Both the position numbers and the translations under genes were made by a program. Positions 56,297-64,000 of a DNA stretch of 64,000 nt are shown here, one piece after another. The stretch comes from an uncultured Nitrososphaeraceae archaeon (GTDB lineage Archaea; Thermoproteota; Nitrososphaeria; Nitrososphaerales; Nitrososphaeraceae). Numbering within the stretch: the stretch's first letter is position 1; each line of letters begins with the position of its first letter. The notes beneath the pieces were generated by a model that was given only the letters and a program-made list of their open reading frames with translations, was not told the DNA's origin and did no database searches. The stretch lies in the NCBI GenBank assembly GCA_963825865.1, contig CAWGVG010000062.1, positions 32,001 through 96,000 of the forward strand. The letters are read 5' to 3'.

Positions 56297-56569
56297 TTGG
56301 AGATAGTGGATTATATTGGTATGTCGACAATTGACAAGAATAAAAAATGGGCAGTTGCAATAAGCAGAAAAAAAACTGGCACGGATAAATGGAAGTTAGT
56401 AAAATTGATTAAAGAAGGTAAATTCAAGTTTATAGATACGGATGATGAAACTCCAATAGAGGTTGACGTTAAAGACTATAAAATTATGGACAGTGAATGG
56501 TGGAGCTTTCTTGTTGAGAAAAACATAAATCATAATATAGAAGTAAATACGGAAACAAATGCAAAATGA
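56297..56569 (+). CDS. Hypothetical protein
   Basis: 90-aa ORF coupled by ATGA to the next gene. Confidence 0.65.
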   Translation: MEIVDYIGMSTIDKNKKWAVAISRKKTGTDKWKLVKLIKEGKFKFIDTDDETPIEVDVKDYKIMDSEWWSFLVEKNINHNIEVNTETNAK

Positions 56570-56880
56570 TGGTTGGAAATGGACATGATGATAACATTCC
56601 TGTTATTTTTGTAAAAAGTGCAAGAGGAGGCGAAATAGCCAGTAAGCTAGTGGGTTATTTTGTTATTAAAGGTAAAGAATTTAGATTTACAGCAATTGCG
56701 TTTGGAAGGATTGGCGGACATAACATTAGCCTTACTTTAGCAAAAAAAACAGTAGAAAACATTAAGAAAATGGGAATAGATTCTGAACTATTGCAATTGA
56801 CCATCCAACGCAGATTAATTGAAGGTGATGTAATTCTACCAGAAGGGCTAAAAATGCCAGGACTAGAGATAAATTTTCAT
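56566..56880 (+). CDS. Hypothetical protein (true end probably near 56880)
   Basis: FRFTAIAFGRIGGHN...IQRRLIEGD; the called extension to 57042 overlaps mtnP antisense. Confidence 0.65.
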
Positions 56881-57680
56881 AGCAGTGCTCCTTCAAGTGC
56901 GTTTCCGCATCTACACTTGATTCTTTTAACGGAAATTTCTGGTATCAATTCTGCGATTAATTTTTTTGTCTTCTCCACATTCTTGTTTAGCAATTCTATA
57001 ACCTCCTTAGAACTTACTGGTAAAGGGGCCCACACATCATAATCCGTAACTGTAGCTATCGAAACGTAGCAGATTTCTGCTTCCCTCGCAAGAGGGCATT
57101 CAGGCACAAGTGTCATTCCTATAATATCTGCCTTCATAACATCCCTGAAAAATTGAGACTCGGCCCTTGTTGAAAATCTTGGTCCTTCTATGCAAACATA
57201 GGTCGCTTTTTTATGATAAGTATACTCCATTTTATTTAGATAGTTTGACACCACTTGACGCAGCTCAGGACAGAACGGATCGGCAACTGAGATATGACAA
57301 ACCTCTCCTCCATCATAAAACGTATAATTCCTTCCTTTCGTAAAGTCAACAAACTGATCGGGAATTGCAATGTCCCCGGGCTTGTATTCATTTTTCATGC
57401 TTCCTACTGTTGTTGGAGCGATAATTCTTTTTACACCAAGCTGCTTTAATGCCCAGATATTTGCACGGCTGTTAACTTTATGAGGTGGAATTCGATGTCC
57501 TTTTCCGTGTCTTGGGATGAAGGCCACTTTTCTACCTGCGAATTCTCCAATAGTGATAAGATCAGAAGGTTCACCGAACGGAGTATAAACTTTAATATCC
57601 TTCTTCTCATTAAAAAGCCCAGAATCATATACACCCGTTCCTCCTATAATTCCAATGTCACTGAAGTATTTTGTAGCCAT
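56877..57680 (-). CDS. mtnP: 5'-methylthioadenosine phosphorylase
   Basis: IGIIGGTG, PRHG, EGPRFSTRAES, GMT and VTDYD. Confidence 0.95.
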   Translation of the reverse strand: MATKYFSDIGIIGGTGVYDSGLFNEKKDIKVYTPFGEPSDLITIGEFAGRKVAFIPRHGKGHRIPPHKVNSRANIWALKQLGVKRIIAPTTVGSMKNEYKPGDIAIPDQFVDFTKGRNYTFYDGGEVCHISVADPFCPELRQVVSNYLNKMEYTYHKKATYVCIEGPRFSTRAESQFFRDVMKADIIGMTLVPECPLAREAEICYVSIATVTDYDVWAPLPVSSKEVIELLNKNVEKTKKLIAELIPEISVKRIKCRCGNALEGALL

Positions 57681-57711
57681 TGTTTAGCCATACACTGTCA
57701 ATGAATATACA

Positions 57712-58227
57712 TCATAACCCATCTTTCTCAACTTGTTCGCTCCATCGAGTGCTGCTTAATTCTATTACAATTGCAAAACCAGCAACTTTGCCACCTAATT
57801 CTTCTACCAGACGAGCGGCAGCAATAGCCGTTCCACCTGTTGCAATTAGATCATCCGCAATCAAAATTCTCTGATCGTGATTTAATGCATCTTTTTGAAT
57901 TTCCATCACCGCACTGCCGTATTCAATATCATATGATTTTTTGATTGTTTGACCTGGTAACTTGCCAGCCTTTCGGATCATAATCATACCTTTGCCGAAC
58001 TTTAATGCTAAAGCAGTTGCTATTACAAAGCCTCGTGATTCTATCCCACCAATGTAATCAATTTTAAATTTTCTGAACCTACAGTAAAACTCATCTGAAA
58101 TATAATTCAAGGCTCCATTGTTACGGAAAACTGGATTAATGTCTCTAAACAGAATTCCCTGCCTAGGAAAATCTGGGCAATTATGTATTAATTTATGCAG
58201 ATCAATTCGATTTGCAGTCATAGACAT
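57712..58227 (-). CDS. apt: Adenine phosphoribosyltransferase
   Basis: PDFPRQGILFRDI, GIESRGF, RKAGKLPG and DDLIATGGT. Confidence 0.95.
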   Translation of the reverse strand: MSMTANRIDLHKLIHNCPDFPRQGILFRDINPVFRNNGALNYISDEFYCRFRKFKIDYIGGIESRGFVIATALALKFGKGMIMIRKAGKLPGQTIKKSYDIEYGSAVMEIQKDALNHDQRILIADDLIATGGTAIAAARLVEELGGKVAGFAIVIELSSTRWSEQVEKDGL

Positions 58228-58397
58228 TATACAGCCAAAATCTCAGTATAAAAAATGTTTCAATTGAATACTTTTTAACATGTTTATAAAATAGTATTTT
58301 AATACAGGTAGTTGATTCCTATGTTCTGAAACATGTGTTTTTCATATCCACACGTTTTTAATAAATCTTGACAATACATAAATAACATCAGTAATAT

Positions 58398-59921
58398 ATG
58401 TACTTTAGTATGCCTATTAGGAATGGTGCCGAATACATTCAAAGCCTCAGAGGCAGAAACCTCAAAGTCTATTTGTTTGGAGAATTAGTTAAAGAACCTG
58501 TAGACCATCCAATGATTCGGCCTTCTATTAATGCAGTGGCGGAAACATACGATATAGCAAATGAAGAGCCGGAAATTGCTTCTGTACAATCCTCCCTAAC
58601 TGGCTCGAAGGTGAATAGATTTTTACATATTACTGAGAATACGATGGATTTGGTCAACCAAAATAAGATGCAGAGGAAGCTTGGTCAGCTCACTGCAACT
58701 TGCTTTCAGCGTTGCGTCGGTATGGATGCTTTGAATTCATTATACTCTACTACTTTTGAAATGGACACAAAGTATCGCACTATATATCATAAACGCCTAA
58801 TTGAGTTTATCAAAATGATTCAGGACGAGAACTTTGTTATTGGTGGTGCGATGACGGACGTAAAAGGCGACCGCAGCCTGTCACCATCACAACAAGAAGA
58901 TCCTGATATGTTTGTTCATATAGTAAAAAGAGACGAAAAGGGTATATATATTACGGGCGCAAAAGCACATCAGACAGGTTGCATTAATTCTCATTGGATT
59001 ATTGTTATGCCAACAATGAGACTCCGGCCAGAAGACAAAGATTATGCCATTGTTGGTGCGGTACCGGCAGATGCAAAGGGCATTACATATATTTACGGTA
59101 GACAATCTTGTGACACACGAAGTATGGAGGAGGGCGACCTAGATGCAGGAAACGCGAAGTTCTCAGGACAGGAAGCCATGATAATCTTTGACAATGTATT
59201 CATACCTAATGAACTAATTTTTATGCACGGCGAATACGATTTTGCCGCGATGTTGATCGAACGCTTCACATGTTACCACAGAAGAAGCTATGTATGTAAA
59301 ACCGGTCTAGGAGATGTTCTCATAGGAGCATCAGCTGCTATTGCAGATTACAATGGTGTAGCAAACGCCTCTCATATTAAGGACAAGTTGGTAGAGATGA
59401 CACATCTGAATGAAACAATATTTGCAGCAGGAATTGCATCCTCATACCAGGCACACAAAACGGCTTCAGGTAATTATCAAAATGATGACATGCTAGCAAA
59501 CGTATGTAAACACAATGTGACCAGATTCCCATATGAGATTAGCAGATTGGCACAAGACATAGCCGGTGGACTGATGGTAACGATGCCATCTGAGAAGGAT
59601 TTCAGGAGTGCTGAAACTGGTCCACTATTAGAAAAATATCTAAGAGGTAGAAAAGGTGTCTCTACCGAAAATAGAGTAAGAATATTGAGACTAATTGAAA
59701 ACATGACACTTGGACGTAATGCTGTTGGATATCTAACCGAATCAATGCATGGTGCAGGCTCACCCCAAGCCCAGAGAATACAGATTGCACGTCAAATGCA
59801 ACTTGAATACAAAAAGAAACTCGCCAAAAATCTTGCTAACGTTGCAGAAGGTGAAGCAAACGAACTTACTCAAGAGCAATCAGAGTACTTTGACAGAATA
59901 TTTGGCAAAAATAGAACATAG
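58398..59921 (+). CDS. abfD: 4-hydroxybutyryl-CoA dehydratase (3HP/4HB carbon fixation)
   Basis: TCFQRCVGMD (Cx3C), GAMTDVKGDRS, YHRRSYVC (Hx6C-type ligand region) and ESMHGAGSPQAQR. Confidence 0.95.
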   Translation: MYFSMPIRNGAEYIQSLRGRNLKVYLFGELVKEPVDHPMIRPSINAVAETYDIANEEPEIASVQSSLTGSKVNRFLHITENTMDLVNQNKMQRKLGQLTATCFQRCVGMDALNSLYSTTFEMDTKYRTIYHKRLIEFIKMIQDENFVIGGAMTDVKGDRSLSPSQQEDPDMFVHIVKRDEKGIYITGAKAHQTGCINSHWIIVMPTMRLRPEDKDYAIVGAVPADAKGITYIYGRQSCDTRSMEEGDLDAGNAKFSGQEAMIIFDNVFIPNELIFMHGEYDFAAMLIERFTCYHRRSYVCKTGLGDVLIGASAAIADYNGVANASHIKDKLVEMTHLNETIFAAGIASSYQAHKTASGNYQNDDMLANVCKHNVTRFPYEISRLAQDIAGGLMVTMPSEKDFRSAETGPLLEKYLRGRKGVSTENRVRILRLIENMTLGRNAVGYLTESMHGAGSPQAQRIQIARQMQLEYKKKLAKNLANVAEGEANELTQEQSEYFDRIFGKNRT

Positions 59922-60823
59922 GACAAAAGGAAAACGAGGGTTCTGTAAACTTGTCGTCGGATAACGGTCTTAGATAAGAGAGGTATTGTAATAGCCTTGA
60001 TAGTTTTGAATTCATAATCTCAATATCTTTTCTTTCATAACACAACTGATATATAGATATCCATTTATTACAACCAAACCTATTTGAGTGGCTTTAGCTA
60101 AAAGCTCATTTACTAGTTTGGCCAAAGCCTGTGCTATATATTAGTAAAATGACACAAAGCAGTAGTGCCAACAAAATATGATAATTGCTATAACCAACAC
60201 TTTATTGTGACTTTATCTATCAGCAGATCCTGTTAGGGATCGATATAAAATAGGCATTTAAGATAGTTTTGAGAAACAAATAAGACTAGTTTCCAGAGAA
60301 AAATATATCGTAAAAAAAGTAGAAGCTATGTAAATAGTTTTAATAGATAGTATGCTTTACAGGCTAAATAGGAAAAGACAAAGCTAATTGTATGTAGCCT
60401 AAGGAAAGACATGAGTCCAGATTCAGAGATTTTTAGTTACTTCCAGTTAGCAGAAATGGTTAAGAAGCGTCCTACTAAAATCATGAAATAACAAGAAATT
60501 GAATGTATACTAGAATTATTATAAAAAGAGACATCAAATTATATCCAATAAGTCAGATGGCTTTTTATCAAAACAAGCGTTGCATATATAATTTTCACGC
60601 TAGAAATGACCCCTTTATCTTTGTTTCTCAAGATTTTATCCTATAATCCGTGAACGCGTAGAGATATGTCTGTAATACAAATAGTTGTAAAAACCAATCG
60701 AACTGGATTCCATTTTTTACAGTATTAGATTCCTTTCTCGTCTTCATCTAAGGTCGATTAAAGCGTACAAAACGATTATGTATGAGTGAAGTGTATATTA
60801 CAATAGTCGACGGGGTTAACTGA

Positions 60824-61249
60824 TTGAAATTAAGTGATGCTGATTTAGAGGACGTGACAGGTAAGAGTTTTAGAATCATAATCGACAATGGAAAAGATGG
60901 CATACTTCAATCCAAACTCTGGAAGGAGCTTGATCTCACCAGTCGTGACGGCTCTCGTGTAGCGATTCGCCTTGAGAAACGCTCTCTAATAAAAAGGCAG
61001 AAAATCCTCCAAAATGGACGATGGACTTACAAACTTTTTGCTGTCAAATTACCTGTTGGAACACAATCCATAGATCAAGTGCCGTGTTTAACTTGCCCAG
61101 TCGAACATATGTGCTCCGTTGATGCACCTTACAGCCCTAATAATTGCAATTTAATTGAAGATTGGATTTTATTTTCATTTGATGGTTCAGGTAAACAACA
61201 ACCGCTAAATAAACAAGACCTTTCAAAAAGTAAAATCAGAAGAGTATGA
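60824..61249 (+). CDS. TFE-beta / RPC34-like winged-helix plus Fe-S transcription factor
   Basis: GILQSKLWKELDLTSRDGSRVAIRLEKR...GRWTYKL followed by PCLTCP..HMC.......C...DW. Confidence 0.8.
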   Translation: MKLSDADLEDVTGKSFRIIIDNGKDGILQSKLWKELDLTSRDGSRVAIRLEKRSLIKRQKILQNGRWTYKLFAVKLPVGTQSIDQVPCLTCPVEHMCSVDAPYSPNNCNLIEDWILFSFDGSGKQQPLNKQDLSKSKIRRV

Positions 61250-61670
61250 ACTCATCATTAGAGAAGTGAAGGCGACGACAGAGCATCAAAAGAACAGGTA
61301 GCAAAGCACAGCCAAAAAATGATGATAAATCTAGCGAAGACATAGGTTTATGGACGAATCTAGCGTCTATGTCGCCGATATAAGAAAGGTCAAACGTAAT
61401 TTCAATATCGATCGATTATCGAAAAATATGCAAACGTCATTATCCAATTGTTGTTGGTTCATCCGGTTACATAGCCTTGTTTGGCAAGCTCAGTGAGGGA
61501 TACATGGTTAGTTGCTGCTCATAAATATAAGGGATATTTTTGATTTACGACTATGTACCGGAAATCACAGGAATGATAATACTTATAGTGTGCAAGTCTA
61601 TTATTAATTACATAATGTATTATATTGCAGTTGAAATTCAACTAATGTAATATTAATCAATGGATCATAA

Positions 61671-62648
61671 ATGAAAACCCAATTTGCTCACCATCTTGTA
61701 TGTCTTCAGCATACTGAAAAACAACCTCGTCTTTCATTAGAAATTCTTCATATGGTAGATGAAAATGAATGTCTAGAGGGTTTTCTGAAATGTAATGATT
61801 GCGAAACCATATATCCAATAATTGAAGGGGTTGCAATTGTAGTAAAAGATTTTGTAAAATATGCTGAAGACAGAAGATCGGTTTATGGTAGGTGGCTATT
61901 GAACAGCAAAACAGCAAAGATGAAGAACTTTCTCAAAGAAAGTGCCACACATTTGTCATCTCCTAGTGCTAAAAATGACCGATATGAAGAGGGTGGTATT
62001 TGGTTTGTTCCATATAGATGGGTTCAATATGATCATTCTAGCGAGGATAGACTTCTTAGCACACTTCGTTGGCATTTGAAACCAAATGATCTTTATAATA
62101 GGGTTGCCCATGGAATAACCCCCAAAATGGACGGAGTAGCCCTTGATATGGCGTGTTCAATGGGTTATAGCACATTACAGCTAGCAAAAAAATATGCATT
62201 TGTAATTGGCATTGATTTATCCTTTTCTTTTATTCTAGAAGCCAGAAAAAGAATGTATAAATCAAAACAAGGAAACGTTGAGTTTTGTATTGCTAATTCA
62301 TTAAACACTCCATTTAATCCATTGAAATTTGATTTGATACTTGCGCTTAATTTACTGGAATTAGTCAAACCAAAGGAATTATTATCTTCAATCCATTGGT
62401 TACTAAAACCACACGCAGATGTTATATTGACAGACCCCTATGACTTCAACCGGGATCCTCAACCAAAGGAAACTTTCGATGCTCAGTCTTTCAGAACGCT
62501 AGTTGAAGATTCAGGATTTGAAATCGGTGAAAAAAGCATTAGAAATGAATCTTTCATTCCATGGATATTAAAAGTAAACGAACGTGCTTATCTTTTTTAC
62601 TTTGTAGATTATATCAAGGCAAAAAAACTTTCAAAACATAAATTTTAA
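61671..62648 (+). CDS. Trm112-like zinc domain fused to a class I SAM-dependent methyltransferase
   Basis: LVC...[21 protein letters not shown]; [14 protein letters not shown] and [11 protein letters not shown]. Confidence 0.8.
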   Translation: MKTQFAHHLVCLQHTEKQPRLSLEILHMVDENECLEGFLKCNDCETIYPIIEGVAIVVKDFVKYAEDRRSVYGRWLLNSKTAKMKNFLKESATHLSSPSAKNDRYEEGGIWFVPYRWVQYDHSSEDRLLSTLRWHLKPNDLYNRVAHGITPKMDGVALDMACSMGYSTLQLAKKYAFVIGIDLSFSFILEARKRMYKSKQGNVEFCIANSLNTPFNPLKFDLILALNLLELVKPKELLSSIHWLLKPHADVILTDPYDFNRDPQPKETFDAQSFRTLVEDSGFEIGEKSIRNESFIPWILKVNERAYLFYFVDYIKAKKLSKHKF

Positions 62649-63070
62649 TGGCCATATTTAGTCTTACAAGTGGAATTTCAACTATATAACCTGATATTAA
62701 TATGACTATAGATAACTTTGAATATCAAAGATGAAGTATACATAAATTTATTAACCTGATCGTGATACATGTTCAGATTTGCTTCCGCAGTACATCGATC
62801 AAAATATATACTCAAAATATATACTATACTAAGAGTTGAATCGGCAGATTACCTAATCAAAAGCGATTGTAATGTTATTGAAGCGAGTAGTCTAATAGTT
62901 TGCGTTAGAATGTATGAGAACATAGCAAAAGGTAGAAAATATGATTTATGCCAAATAATACATCAAAGAATGCACGGATATTCTTAGCCGGCCCCTTTGC
63001 AACACGATTGTGATGCTGCTACTGCTATTGCCAAAGATATTCGAATAATAGTGCCCTTCTTACTTCCTGG

Positions 63071-63920
63071 TTACCTATAGCATTCAGAAAACATATTTTT
63101 GCGTCCAGATTTATCTCTGTATATCCTTCCAAACTCCGCCATTACAGAGAGTTGTTTTCCATTAAAAACTGTGCCATCTTTACAAACGAGTTTATCTTCA
63201 ATACAACAACTTGCACAAATCCCTATTCCACATTTCATATATCGTTCAAGACTAGCCTGAATGGGTAATGAATACGCTAGAAGCAATATCAAAAACCTTT
63301 TTCATCATTAATTCCGGTCCACAAGTATAAACATATCGAACGTTTCTTATTTAAGATCTCAGTCATGGCATCAGTCGCGTATCCTTTAACTCCATAATCA
63401 CCATCTTCTGTAGCTGACAATTATTTCATGTTTTGTTTCACGCAAGAACATCATTGCTTGTATTTTCAAAAAACACCTTCTCTTTTTGAACTTGCCCCAA
63501 TAATTATAGTAGTGTACAATTTTCGTTTCGTTCAATTTTTGTGGCTAGCCTTAATTAAAGGTACAAGTCCTGTTCCTCCACCAACTAATAGTACTGTTTT
63601 TAGCACTCGATGCCAATTTTGAAATTGATTGCCATAAGGACCACGAATCCCAAGCATCTCACCATTTCGTTTATTGAACAGCGCTGTCGACCCAAATCCA
63701 TGTTTGCGTATTGTGATCAGCGGCCGGTCTTTCTTATCGGACAACCATAACACTCATGGGAACTTCTTCTGACCCCCGGAATCCAGACCATTACGAAACT
63801 GGCCGGGTTTTGCCTTGGAAGATACTATTATCCTTAAAGACAATAGTCTTGACAGTAAGAGTTTCTATTTAGACCCGTTCAATAACAACAGCTTCTTATA
63901 ATGTTAATATTTATGGGCAA
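63071..63920 (-). CDS. pyrK: Dihydroorotate dehydrogenase electron-transfer subunit (several frameshifts)
   Basis: KPGQFVMVW, GIRGPYGN, LVGGGTG, TCGPE and SLERYMKCGIGICASC...VCKDG. Confidence 0.9.
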
Positions 63921-64000
63921 GTCCTACTAACTCCGTGAGTTTTTCAATCCCTTTTCTATCCAAATATCTTTTAAGACCCAGACATATTTACTCAAATGCC
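63904..64000 (-). CDS. pyrD: Dihydroorotate dehydrogenase catalytic subunit, C-terminal end (partial)
   Basis: GLKRYLDRKGIEKLTELVGLAH ending, directly upstream of pyrK. Confidence 0.7.

Noticed and set aside
56881-57042. Long antisense overlap between the hypothetical gene and mtnP
   Set aside because: More simply explained by a missed stop from an indel error; the extension is just antisense mtnP.
59922-60823. 900-bp AT-rich intergenic region as a chromosomal origin
   Set aside because: Only weak TTCCAG-type words are present, with no repeated ORB boxes and no cdc6/orc1 gene nearby.

Overview
This is an AT-rich archaeal chromosome segment from an ammonia-oxidising thaumarchaeon, most like the soil Nitrososphaeraceae. 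Markers are 4-hydroxybutyryl-CoA dehydratase, a 3-hydroxypropionyl/crotonyl-CoA (de)hydratase, tetraether synthase Tes, a TFE-beta/RPC34 homologue, archaeal r-proteins and intron-containing tRNAs. The window has two halves. Positions 1-30,228 are a mosaic integrated island anchored at the 3' end of tRNA-Lys(CTT). Next to the tRNA is a satellite-like module: tyrosine integrase, divergent wHTH/AbrB regulators, small ORFs and a Prim-Pol/helicase. Further in are two copies of a unit made of GTGAC/GTCAC motifs, an array of ~10-bp repeats and a double-HTH coiled-coil gene. The island also holds remnants of a second integrase and an SF3 helicase, a Rad3/DinG helicase, an SSB-like gene, a HEPN-like gene and many redox/detox cargo genes and gene fragments. 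Positions 30,323-64,000 are core genome: nadE, secE, rpl12/rpl10/rpl1, tRNA-Arg, phaC with a haloarchaeal-type phaR, speB, GPN GTPase, thrB, tes, purA, pyrF, uppS, mtnP, apt, abfD and pyrK/pyrD. Many essential genes carry single-base frameshifts, so the sequence is probably an unpolished long-read assembly and frameshifts alone are not evidence of pseudogenes. All family calls come from motif recognition by eye; no database searches were run. The best candidate for an undescribed system is the repeat array plus HTH-coiled-coil unit, which may be a single-protein segregation or replication-control module of an archaeal satellite-like element.
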